Shown piece by piece: positions 24,569 to 37,268 of a DNA stretch of 64,000 bases. The notes under the pieces are model-generated. The model ran no database searches, was not told the origin of the DNA, and saw only the letters and a program-made list of their open reading frames with translations. Position numbers and translations under genes: made by a program. Within the stretch, counting starts at the first letter, position 1. The number at the start of each line of letters is the position of its first letter. Source of the stretch: Nemertoderma westbladi (Eukaryota; Animalia; Xenacoelomorpha); assembly GCA_032718475.1 (NCBI GenBank), contig JAUCBJ010001719.1, forward strand, positions 2,812-66,811, read 5' to 3'.

Positions 24569-27500
24569 CAGTTACCCCCAGGTGAAGAATACCAGGTTTT
24601 CACCAAATATACAGGTTACAGAAGGGCTGAATCTAACCAAAACAATAAACGAATTAGTATATGTACAGGTTATAAGAAGAAATAAGCGATATAAAACACT
24701 TAATAAAGATAAATTAAAAAAAATAAATAATCTTCATATATAAAATTCCAATAAAAAGTCGACCGAAAAGTGAAATCCTGGTATTCTTCACAAGGGCGAT
24801 TAACTGTGGAGCGAGCAACGTAAGTCCAGGTGAGCCTTAGCATATGGGTATAAGTGGTGGACCCGTCTGTCGTTGTCATCGTCGGAAATGTTTGAACGCT
24901 AATAAGTCGGTCAATCTTGGAAAAATAATGTTTCACTACTAGTCTGCTAGTATGTACGACTAATATGTTTCAATTATGTTCCAATTTTGTTTCAACTAAC
25001 AGAGACATAATAGTGGCAGTAACAAGCAAACAAGGAATATCTTATAAGGTCGCGGTTCACACCTTTAAGCAATAAGCATAACTCTGCTTCGGCAGCAGAA
25101 GTACATACAGTACTACAGTAGTCCCAAAGTCTTCATCCAAAGTAGAGTTACGAATGAATCATGCTTAAAAGAGTGAACCGGCCTTAACCCGAGAGATTTT
25201 ATTGAAAGTTCAAGAGTTCTTCCTACTGCCTACATAATAGGTTTTCAAAATAATAAGTTTCCATCTCTGTGTCACAATGAAAACATTTAAGCCAATAAGA
25301 GGATTCAGGAAAGTTCCCTTTGGGCCTATGTAAATGATTGAGCCAATCAGGTTACAATTTTCTGGCTTCAGTCCGACGTTTGTCCAGACAACAAAGAGCG
25401 GATTCTTACATTATAATGCTATAATTCAAATTGACCGCGCATATTTGGGCTTTTAATTGACAATCCGCAATCCGTAGTCCGCAGTCCGCAGTCCGCTCTT
25501 TACATGCACCCCCAGCATGCATGCATTGTGCATAGGCAGATAGGCCTATAGTTTAGTGCTCTATCCTAACTGCCTGAATCTGGAATCCATACCACCAGCA
25601 GCTGAGCAGACCAGTAGCAGTACTGCAGACCAGTCTGCGCTGCCGCTGCTGCCAGAGTGATAAACTCATCTCCCCGTATCCTGATATCTGTTAGCGTTAG
25701 GCCTATCTGTTTTCAGAACGCTCCTACCTGCTGACCTGCCTACTGCTGTACTGCCTGACTGCTGTACTTTCCTACCGGGTAGTAAAATTCTATCAGGCAT
25801 CAGGCATTGTTCAACCTATAGGCCTACTGCTGTACTGCTATATCAGTCTGTCAGTAGGCCTATGTAGCAGTAGGCAGGTAGGCCTACTGCTATTTCAGTA
25901 TTTCCGCTTCGCGCAGCACACATTTAAAATGGGCGACATTTCCTCAATTTTCATTAAATTTAGGCCTATCTGAAATTCGATAGGCCTATACCAGTATACA
26001 GACTGACAGTGACAGACAGTCCAGTCCTGCAGTCCAGCATAGGCAGATAGGCAGATAGGTAGTCAGGTAGTATTTTATGATGTTAACAAAATTTTATCAT
26101 GAGAAGTCGGGCTCGATCTGTCAATCGGAGCTCCGGCCTCCGGCTCCGGCCATTTTGGCACCTCCGGCTCCTGCTCCGGCTCCATTATTGCCGGACAGCC
26201 GGAGTTAATTTTTTAATAAAATATTATATTTCGTGCATGCACGAATAGTACTTATAGTTACTTCTGTACTTATAGTTATAATTTAATTTACTTATAGTGT
26301 AGGGTAAGACGGGGTAAAATGGGACATGGGGTAAAATGGGACATGTCGGGGTAAAATGGGACATGCATATTTTTGGCCAATTTTTTGTTAAAGAACACTT
26401 TTAGGTCTGTTTTAATATATTTTTAATTGAGAAACTAAATGTTACATTTTTATATAGCACATACTGACATATGATGAGATCATGATCACACGATGAAAGC
26501 AATTTGTTAAGCGCGTATACATTTTAACGTTAGGACACTTCCTATCATTCATTTTCTTCGATATTATATGCATTAAAATCGCAATCATCGATTTAGTGGG
26601 TGTAGAACAAGTCCAAATGTTCAAATTCCTGATCGTTTTTGAGTTACATAGATTTGTAGTTTTACCTTGATAGATGTAGATAGGTGTAACTCCGTAAATA
26701 ATGCCTAGATGATTTTTCTCTGTGATTGTTGAGTTTTATAGCTTTTATAGCTACTACTGCATTTCAGCCATTCCAGCGTAACGGTCGTGACATTCCGCAT
26801 GGGTTTCCGGTATTAATGAGTATTCTAAGGGCACATAGAACAGTCGGGCACTTTGTCAATATTGACATGTGTCAATATTGACAGGTAAAGCTAATTTCTC
26901 CAGGATGGAGCATGTCAAAATTGACATGGACATGTCAATATTGACATTTTTTTACCTGACGTGTTCAAATATTTCCATACGTGTTTTCTAAATATAAAAA
27001 TCGAAATTATAAGTAAATTAGAAACTTTTGACCGTGCGGAAAATTTTTTCACCGTGCCGTTTAGTTAATATAAATACTTTAAGTTTTTCTCATGTTAAAA
27101 TTGACATACATGTCAAAATTGACATGTAATGATGAGAACATAAGTGTGGGGTTAGGCTGTAGGCCACGCCACCCTATAGACTCTACTATAACTAGGGCTC
27201 AACAGAAGCTTCGGCTTCGGTTCAGGCCGAAGTTTGGCAATTTCGGTTCGGCTTCTGCAATTGATACTACAGAAGCCCGGAGCAAACTTTGCTAAATATT
27301 CCAAGTATTACATTGACTGATTGAGCTAAGACCAGAAAGACAGTAAGACTAATCAATCTGTCCATCGTGTTGTACAAATTAATTTTGGGGTGTAAACGTT
27401 AAGCAGACACTAGTGCAGAGCAGACAGTCAGACAGTGGTGCAGAGCAGACCCAGGTTGGAATTTATGTAGAGTTTGCTCAACATGTGTGGCGCGCATTTA

Positions 27501-27935
27501 GGATCCTGGCGCGAAGGAACAGGGGCGTGTGGCGCGCATTTAGGATCCTGACGCAAAGGAACAGGGGCGTGTGGCGCGCATTGAGGATCCTGGCGCGGAA
27601 ATGGATGTCATGTACAGTAGCAAAATGCATTGGCATGGCAACATATCCAGCCACTCTAATTGAAATTATATCGGTCTACCAGTAGAGTCTATTTTTAAAA
27701 AGAGTTAGGCCTAGGCCTTAAAGATTTTCGCTCACTTCGGTCGCGTTTGTATATTATATGCCTGCCCACTGTACGCTCTACTGTGTCTACTCTTATTCAT
27801 CATTCTAATAACTTTTAATTTAAAAATTTAATGGTCAATCTTTCAATGGTTGGCGCGCTTTGAATGTCATGGCTGGCGCGCTTTTCGTTTAACCCGAATC
27901 CGTGTGGCGCGCTTTTTGTCAATATTCCATATAGG

Positions 27936-29010
27936 GAGCAGACAGTGATGCAGACACCTGGTGCAGACAGTGGTGCCGACACTGGTGCAGACAGTGGTGC
28001 AGACAGTGGTGCGGACACTGGTGCAGACACTGGTGCAGACAGTGGTGCAGACACTGGTGCAGACATTGGTGCAGACAGTGGTGCAGACAGTGGTGTAGAC
28101 AGTGGTGTAGTGTGCAGACATTGGTGCAGAGTGGTGCGGACACTGGTGCAGACAATGGTGCAGACAGTGGTGCAGACAGTGGTGCAGACTTTGGTGCAGA
28201 CACTGGTGCAGACACTGGTGCAGACTGTGGTGCAGACACTGGTGCAGACATTGGTGCAGACACTGGTGCAGACAGTGGTGCAGACAGTGGTGCGGACACT
28301 GGTGCAGACAGTGGTGCAGACACCTGGTCCAGACAGTGGTGCAGACACTGGTGCAGACAGTGGTGCAGACAGTGATGCAGACAGTGATGCAGACACCTGG
28401 TGCAGACACCTGGTGCAGACAGTGGTGCAGACATTGGTGCAGACAGTGGTGCAGACAGAGGTGCGGACAGTGGTGCAGACAGTGGTGCAGACACCTGGTG
28501 CAGACAGTGGTGCAGACAGTGGTGCAGACAGTGGTGCAGACACTGGTGCAGACAGTGGTGTGGACACTGGTGCAGACAATGGTGCAGACAGTGGTGCAGA
28601 CACCTGGTGCAGACAGTGGTGCAGACACTGGTAAAGACTTTGGTGCAGACAGTGGAGCAGACACTGGTGCAGACAGTGGTGCAGACATTGGTGCAGACAC
28701 TGGTGCAGACAGTGGTGCGGACACTGGTGCAGACAGTGGTGCAGACAGTGTTGCAGACACCTGGTGCAGACAGTGATGCAGACAATGATGCAGACACCTG
28801 GTGCAGACACTGGTGCAAACAGTGGTGCAGACACTGGTGCATACATTGGTGCAGACAGTGGTGCGGACACTGGTGCAGACACCTGGTGCAGACAGTGGTG
28901 CAGACACTAGTGCAGACAGTGGTGCAGACACTGGTGCAAACAGTGGTGCAGACAGTGGTGCAGACAGTGGTGCAGATACTGGCTGACTGGTGCATACAGT
29001 GGTGCAGACA
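27936..29010. repeat. 12-bp minisatellite GGTGCAGACA(G/C)T, second array
   Basis: Directly visible tandem array. Confidence 0.97.
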
Positions 29011-29014
29011 CATG

Positions 29015-29780
29015 CATCATGCTGCATGAAGGCCTTTTAGCAGTTTCTACAGCCCTTTTCAGCATTTATCATGCTGCACGAAGGCATCTGAACAGTTTCA
29101 ACAGTTATTTTCAGCATCCTCATATTGCACAAAGCCCTCTGAACAACTTCAAATGTTATTTTTTAGCATTTATGCTGCATGAAGGACTTTGAACAGTTTT
29201 ATAACTTTCAACAGCAATTTTCAGCTTTTCTCATGTTGCACGAAGCCATCTGAACAATTTCAACTGTTATTTTCAGCATTTATCATGCTGCATGAAGAAC
29301 TCTGTGAACAGTTTTATCAACTCTTTTCAGTATTTCACATTCTGTGCGAAGGCCTGAAAGTTTCAAAACTTATTTTCAGTCTTTCTCAAGCTGCTCGAAG
29401 ACCTCTGAACAGTTTCAACAGCTCTTTTCAGCATTTATCATGCTGCGAACAGTTTTAACAGCTCTTTTCAGCATTTATCATGCTGCACAAAGCTCTGAAT
29501 AGTTTCATTTCAAAATCTTTTTTCAGCGTTTATCATGCTGCACAAAGGTCTCCGAGCAGCTTTGAGAGATCTTTTATGTATTTTTCAAACTGTGCGAAGG
29601 CCCCTGGGCAGTTTTATCACTTATCAGTTCTTTTCAGTTTTTCTCATGACACATGATACCCTCTGAATAGTTTCAAAAGCTCTTTTCAGTATTTAAAATG
29701 CAGCAAGAATGTCTCTAACTAAAGCGTTTTGACAGTTCGTTTCAGTATTTGTGATGCTACTTGACTGCTTGAAGGCCTCT
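29015..29780. repeat. Degenerate tandem repeat, period about 52-54 bp
   Basis: Recurring TTTTCAGCATTTATCATGCTGCACGAAGGCCTCTGAACAGTTTCAACAG-like units. Confidence 0.8.
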
Positions 29781-30514
29781 AAATAGATTTGGTGGGGTTG
29801 AAATGAACATAAGAACCCAGCGTTCATGTCAATAGGGCCTATTGACATTAGATGTCAATATTGACATGAAATAAAACATATCATTAAAATTATTACAAAC
29901 AACAATATACATTGGTTGGATTCAACAATATTTTAATTAAAATAGATATTCTCTTTACAAAAAAACATTTTCTACTTTTCAAATCACAATATATAAAAAA
30001 TTTATGATCAAAACATGTCAATATTGACATCATGTCAATTTTGACATGGAACATGTCAATATTGACAACATGTCAATATTGACAAAGTGCCCGACTGTAG
30101 AAGAATGATATTGAAAATATATTACTATGATATGATCCTAAGATATGGACCTTTAATAAAATAGAAACCGCACTGGAATACATTACGTTTTATTGATTGT
30201 ATTCCAGTTTAAAGTTGGCGTAACGGTCGTGACTGAAATGGACAAGCTTTTTAGAGACTCCTACACATTATAAATTTCTATCGAATTTACTGTACTTATT
30301 TAGCGTTACTTATGTCAGACTAACATGTTAATAGATAGAGTTTAAAATGAAATTAACAGTATGGCAATATAGTATCATTAGAGAATGTGGCAAACAATTA
30401 ACCAGCGTAACGGTCGTGACATAGTTTCGTAACGGTTGTGACATTATCGATTTTCACATAAATCTGAATTTCAAAAAATGGTAAGGTATTAGAGTTAGGT
30501 ATTGATATCGATTT

Positions 30515-31640
30515 CAGGCAGGTTTTCTTGTACGCTGATTTTAATAGAAGGATTTTTACATTCCGCAATTGAACACATCTACCATTTTTGGTGCTAAAAT
30601 GAAAAGTGCAAGTAACAAGTATTTTTCAAATTAATGAAAACAAGACTTGTAGGAATGGTATTTATTTCAATTACATATAGGTTTTCTGGTACGCCGATTT
30701 CAATGGAAGGCTTTTTAAATTCCGCAGTTGAACACATCTACTATTTTTGGCACTAAAATGAAAAGTGCAAGTAAACAGCATTTTTCAAATTAATGAAAAC
30801 AACTAGACTTGTAGGAATGGTGTTTATTTCAATTACATACAGGTTTTCTGGTGCGCTGATTTCAATGGAAGGCAGGAAGGCTTTTTAAATTCCGCAGTTG
30901 AACACACCTACCATTTTTGGTGCTAAAATGAAAAGTGCAAGTAACCAGCATTTTTCAAATTAGTGAAAACAATAAGAATTGTAGGAATGGTATTTATTTC
31001 AATTACATACAGGTTTTCTGGTACGCCGATTTCAATGGAAGGCTTTTTAAATTCCGCAGTTGAATGCACGCACCTACTGACCTACCGTTTTTGGTGCTAA
31101 AATGAAAAGTGCAAGTAACCAGCATTTTTAAAATTAGTTGCAAAACAATAAGAATTGTAGGAATGGTATTTATTTCAATTACATACAGGTTTTCTGGTAC
31201 GCCGATTTCAATAGAAGGCTTTTTAAATTCCGCAGTTGAACACATCTACTGACATACCATTTTTGGTGCTAAAATGAAAAGTGCAAGTAACGAGCATTTT
31301 TCAAATTAGTGAAAACAACTAGAATTGTACGAATGGTGTTTCTTTCTCTATTACATACAGTTTTTCCTGCTGTTCTGGTACGCCGATTTCAATGGAAGGC
31401 TTTTCAAATTCCGCAGTTGACTGGTTGAACATACCTACCATTTTTGGTGCTAAAATGAAAAGTGCAAGTAAACAGCATTTTTCAAATTAGTGAAAGCAAC
31501 TAGACATGTAGGGATGGTGTTTATTTCTATTACATACAGGTTTTCTGGTGCGCTGATTTCAATGGAAGGCTTTTTAAATTCCGCAGTTGAATACACCTAC
31601 AATGTTCGGTGCTAAAATGAAAAGTGCAAGAGTAAATAAA
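30515..31640. repeat. Tandem repeat of about 160-175 bp, about 7 copies
   Basis: Recurring GGTTTTCTGGTACGCCGATTTCAATGGAAGGC...GCTAAAATGAAAAGTGCAAG. Confidence 0.9.
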
Positions 31641-34337
31641 CATAATTTTTCAAATTTTGCAGATTATATGTAAGCAGCCATACGTTCTACTGATCTATGT
31701 AGTATTGTAAGCTGATATTTTGGTTATTATGTGTACTACCTGATTACAGTATAATTATAATTACATCCCACTGCAGCAGTGGTATCATAAATGATACAAA
31801 TTAATTTATACTGTATAATAATGATTCCTAAGTTTGTGTCACAACCGTTACGGTCATAAGTGCTCTTATGGCACATTATAGGTTAAGAAGAAACCTTTGT
31901 ACACCCAATATTACAATTATCACTTTGTGTGGAATCATATTCCAAAATGTAATCTAAATGGAGAGTAAAAAAGACGACCTTTCGTTCCTTGAATTATACA
32001 TGCTATGCTAATATTCCCATTTCCCACATGTTAATGTCACGACCGTTACGCTGATTACTACAACTGAAACATATAGTCAAGTTAAACTATATGACCCAAA
32101 CAATTGATACGAACCACCTAACGATAGATATAAAAGATTATAACCATTACTGCCAGGGATATGGAGATACTGGAAAAACTTGTTCTTCAGCGTAACGGTC
32201 GTGACATATTTTCCATCCACTCATTACTGCATTACAATGCTATTAGAAAAATATTTATTAGTTGTACATTATTTAACCGACATAGCTAATTACTACATAG
32301 ATATAAGATTCTGAAAAACATATGGCATTGCCAGTTTGGTAATTATCATGCCATTTTGGTTTGTATGTAATTATGCCAAAAATATTGAATTTTTGGCATT
32401 TTTTAAATCACATTTTGCGGACGCTGTAAAAAAAATTGGCGAGGGTTATGGAACATTTGAAAGCAGTTTTATGAAGCACAATATGTGTGCTACACACTCA
32501 ATACAAAATAAATGCATTTCTAAGTACTTTCATTTTTCACCAAAAGGTTTACTTTTGCTTGGAATGGCTGATTTAGTTATTAGGCCTAGCTCATACTGGT
32601 CTTAACTACTCATACTCATACTGCTATTTCAACTCATACTGTCATAGGCCCTAATCTTAATCTAACTTCTGAACTTGACTAACTAACACTAACAATGCCT
32701 CATGTCCCACTTTACCCCGGATGTCCCACTTTACCCCACTCGGGGTAAAGTGGGACACTGCGATTTTTTTAAAATTCAACCAACTGAACCAAAGGCTCAG
32801 GGGTTTATTTTGGTACAATCTGATAGCCCAGAGTTCAAATGTACAGAATATGCTTTAATTATATCCATCCAGGAAAATCCCTCTTGCTTATAGAACCAAA
32901 CATACCAAACTTGTCCCATTTTACCCCGTCTTACCCTAAATAATTGTTCAGATTAGAATATGCATACCGGTATTCTAATCTGAACAATTATTTACACTCA
33001 GACACTATACGGTAAATACTGGGGTCCTACGAATTACCCCAAAATACCCCGTCTGTCCGTGATAAATTAATTAATTAAATTTTAAATTGAAAATTCATAA
33101 ATCTATAAATTATGAAATTAATTAGACCTACAGTATGATTGATTATGAGCGATTGGTGATTGGCGAACGATAACCATACTTTATTTTTTTTAAATAAATA
33201 ATTAAATTTTTAAAATTTTTGAAAAACTCCGGCTCCGGCTCCGGCCAAATTGTCCAACTCCGGCTCCGGCTCCGGCCAAATCCCAACTCCGATCGAGCCC
33301 TACAAAATAGTCAAAAATTTCCCCAAAATACCCCAAAAAGGCTAAAAATTACCCCAAAATAAGCTAACAATGTTTTTTAACAGCGAGGGAAAGGAGCAGG
33401 TTACAGTGGCAAGTTTTTTTAACCAAAACAATAAACGAGAGTGAAGAAAAAATTTTTAATTATTTTGGGGTAATACGTCATTATTTTGGGGTACTACGTC
33501 ATTATTTTGGGGTACTATTTCGTCATTTTGCCATATTCCATATTTTAGGGTAAATGGTAGGGTTCGACCGGAGCTCCGGCTCCGGCTCCGGCCGGACTTG
33601 GCATGTCCGGCTCCGGTCCGGCTCCGGTCAAGTCAAATTAGGTGCAGGAGCTCCGGCAAAAAGTATTTGTGCTGCACGATGCATAGCTACATGGATAGGC
33701 AAGGCAAACATACAGCCAGACACCGGACGTCCGTCTGCGAACTGATCAACGTCTACCAGTCTACTGGCAGACTGTACTGCTGAGTGCCGACTGTATTACG
33801 GTATGGCCGTAGGCTAAACACTGTAGGCCTATCTGCCTATTGCTGTCAGTTAGGTCTGTAGGTACAATGGCCAAATCTGGCAATGATTGTGATTGCCATA
33901 TTTGGCAACCAAGCAAAATCTGGCAACATTTCTGATTGCCTGATTTGGCAACTATATAAAGCCGTTGTTGCCATATTTGGCAACTTAACTAACTCATTGA
34001 ATATGGATTATATGGTTCTGCGTCTTTAAGTCCTTCTATGGCAGTATGGTCATTCCTTAGATCCTGAAATGTTAATGTTAGGCCTAGAAAAAAGGCAAGG
34101 CAAGGCCAGGTTACAGGTTATACTTATACCAGTAGTGGCATATTCTAAGTTCTAACTAGGGCTCGATCGGAGTTGGGATTTGGCCGGAGCCGGAGCAGGA
34201 GCCGGAGTTGGACAATTTGGCCGGAGCCGGAGCAGGAGCCGGAGTTTTTCAAAATTTAAAAAATTTAATTATTTATTTAAAAAAAAATAAAGTATGGTTA
34301 TCGTTCGCCAATCGCTCATAATCAATCCTACTGTAGG

Positions 34338-37268
34338 CCCTATTGAAAAGTTTTACATGTACGCCGAGCACGTTCGGCGCAGCACTAGAACTTGCGCCGG
34401 GAGCTGGCGCAGAAATGTGCTACGCCGGGCAATGAGCCGGAAGGGTCGGCGCAGAGATGTGCTACGCCGGCGTAGCCGGCGGAGCACTGCCAATGGTAGA
34501 GATGCTGCGCTCGGCGCAGCAGGCGTCGAAATATTCCCGGCGTCGACGCTGCAGAAATTGACCCGGCGCCGGAGCAGGAATCAGCCCAGCACACCCGGCG
34601 TACATATTTGCCTGGCGCAGAAATCAGCCGAACCTAGCACCAGGCAGACAGTGAGACTGAGACAACAGACATGCGTTCATCAGACCAACAGCACAGCAAC
34701 ACAATAACAACTGGCATTGCAGGAGGGAGAAAGGAAACTCACACTGCAGCACTGGCTGACTGCAACTGGTCATTTATTTACGTATTTAACCTTATGCTGT
34801 TATGCAGTAGGCAGGTAGGCTATCACAGTTCCAGCTATCAGCTGATCAGTCATTATTGCTATTGGTCATAGTCAGATTATTTATTTTACATAATATTGCT
34901 GTATTGTATAAGCTATATTTATATTATATTATATTATTTGGATGGAGACACCGCTGTCATAGAAGCGTATAAATAAAACTGCACATATAATAAAACAGGC
35001 AGACAGAATGAAGTTGAATAGTGAATAAAACAAAACGACTTATACTATGGCACTATTGATAATGAAACAATTTATTACCGACACACATGTGTAACCATTG
35101 GAAATTGAGTTCAATGACTCCAAGTGCAAGGTCATGCATGCATCTAGGTTCTAGAAATCCCCAAGCAACTTTTTACACAATGAATGTACGGACACTTTTA
35201 TCGGCAACCGAGGAACGTGATTTTGGAATTACATTTACACCAGACTTGTCCTTCACAGCATCACAGCTCACTGCACAAAGACTGCAGCCCGCTCTATGCG
35301 AGTCGTACATTTAATACGAAGAACTTTTACATATTTGGAAGCTCCGATGTTTACCCTCTGACCCTGTTATACAAATCCCTTGTTCGGCCTCTCCTTGAAT
35401 ACGACACAGTTGTTTGTTCGCCATTCCTCCGACATGATAAATATTGAACGTCTTGAACAAGTACAACACCGTGTGGTCACTCGCCTTGTACAGTTGTACT
35501 ATCGCTGGCTGAGTTGTCATATGAAAACCGACTACTTGCACTCAAACTACCGACATTAATATATTGCCGTGTACTAGCCGACCTTATAACAACATACAAG
35601 TTTATCAACGGGATTAACAAAATTGAGCGAAGTAATTTCTTCCAGTTTCGTTCCTAACTCCACCAATGCTAACACGCAACAACTTTGCAGACACCGTTGT
35701 AAACATTTGGAATCCTTTACCATTACCGGAAAGTGTTGTTAATGCACGTAATACCCTTGGTACTCAATGATTGAGCATATTCAAAAAAAGACTAGACTGC
35801 GAAATGTCCCTTAAAATGAATATATAGTGATACTCCTGTGCCCCAAGTGGCAGTAGCGAAAGCGAAAACGATTTCTTTATTAAAATCTAGCTACAGTACC
35901 TATTATTTTCATTTTTTCAATCCCAAAAAAACATTTTTTTGTGTTAAATTTTAAAATAGAGTTTTTTATGTTTAATTGTTTTCCTATCTTTTGTAGTTAC
36001 TTTACTTTGCGCGTTTTATTTCTACAGTAATATTTTACTTATGCGACATACGGTACTACTGTACAGTACAGTGTACCTGCGGTACCAAATTTATGTTCCG
36101 TATAACTATGTATTGTTGTGTTGTATCCTATAGTGTATTGTAAACTTGTCCTTATTAATATGTTTGCCTTTAGTACTGTATGTTGTTGAAGCCCTTGAAC
36201 CTACTGTAAGTATGCTTTGCCGGTTTTTAATTTAATTTTAGTGTAATTTCATTTTTTTTTATAATTAATATGCACCAACTGTACTGTAAGTACTGTAAAT
36301 AAACTATAATTTTAAATATTTTACTAATTTTACCTGAATACCATTATCCGTATTTTTAGTACAATAGTACATACGCTTATTAGCGTACTTTGCCAGATGT
36401 GTTCATTTTATTTTAATCTACTGTACGTGTATGTACATGTGCAAAAATTAATATTATATTGTTATTCTGGCGATATTAATAACATAACATATATACAGCT
36501 AGTCATTATTCATTCAGACATACCGTATCTGTAGCATAGACGTATACCAGACCACAGTACGTAGTATGTAATAAAGTAGAACGTAGTACATAAATACAAG
36601 GACTAGGCCTACACTGAAGTAGTCTTTAATATTCTTTCTATAATTCATATTGTAACATTTGAGTAATTTCAAAAAATGTATACTTTACTTGACAACAAAA
36701 ATTTACATGCAGTGTTTCTTAAGTAGTTGTTTCGTAATGTTACACTTTTGGAATAAAACAACGTACCTACTGTACTTGTTGCATTTGTCTTTATTAAGGT
36801 TTTCCGTCTCTGTATCCTTATTTTCATTTCACCCACCCACAACTTTCGTTCGTTTACAGGTTTAAGTAAACTCGGATTTGTGCAGCTGCAGTATTATAGA
36901 TAACCGAATAAACTACAGGTACTGTACAGTATAACAGGCTGATTTTATGTTTTATACCAGTCAGCCCGATGCGGCTTTGAAGAGCCGGTGGAAGATTTTT
37001 CACCCGGCGCAGAATTTTGCATTGCACAGAGCCGGCGCAGGATTTTTGCACCTGGCATGGGCGTTGGTTTGCACAGAGCCGGCGCAGGATTTTTTGCACC
37101 CGGCGTGGTTTTGCACAGAGCCGGCGCAGGATTTTTTGCACCCGGCGTGGTTTTTCACAGAGCCGGCGCAGGATTTTTTGCACCCGGCGTGGTTTTGCTC
37201 AGAGCCGGCGCAGGATTTTTGGCACCCGGCGCCGCGTTCGGCGCAGAAAATAAAACTTTTCAATAGGG
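34338..37268. mobile_element. Non-autonomous TIR transposon with GC-rich subterminal repeats
   Basis: TIR CCCTATTGAAAAGTTTTA; GCCGGCG repeats at both ends, including a tandem array of about 42 bp at 36990-37250. Confidence 0.75.
35100..35770 (+). pseudogene. CR1/L2-type LINE reverse transcriptase C-terminal fragment
   Basis: MHLGSRNP, ERDFGITFTPDLSF, LLYKSLVRPLLEY, LEQVQ motifs across frameshifts. Confidence 0.85.

Larger units (their letters stand above)
19417..28790 (+). repeat. Tandem segmental duplication (19417-24568 and 24569 to about 28790)
   Basis: Near-identical units starting CAGTTACCCCCAGG, 5152 bp apart; first unit has an extra 915-bp MITE. Confidence 0.95.
26841..30097. mobile_element. 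Non-autonomous DNA transposon with 5-bp TSD
   Basis: TIR CAGTCGGGCACTTTGTCAATATTGACATG, TSD TAGAA, palindromic TGTCAATATTGACA subterminal repeats. Confidence 0.8.
26765..32570. mobile_element. Non-autonomous DNA transposon with 4-bp TSD (Sola-like)
   Basis: TIR CAGCCATTCCA, TSD ATTT, internal CGTAACGGTCGTGAC repeats. Confidence 0.65.
26302..32936. mobile_element. TA-flanked non-autonomous DNA transposon
   Basis: TIR GGGTAAGACGGGGTAAAATGGGACA at both ends, flanked by TA. Confidence 0.8.
26107..33302. mobile_element. hAT-like MITE ends with (CTCCGG)n subterminal repeats, outer layer of the nest
   Basis: TCGGGCTCGATC ... GATCGAGCCCTA; related ends at about 20955, 33558 and 34157; no matching TSD found. 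Confidence 0.5.

Noticed and set aside
22671-29029. Long Cys/His-rich or SAP-repeat ORFs
   Set aside because: Artefacts of a stop-free 12-bp satellite that is open in all frames.
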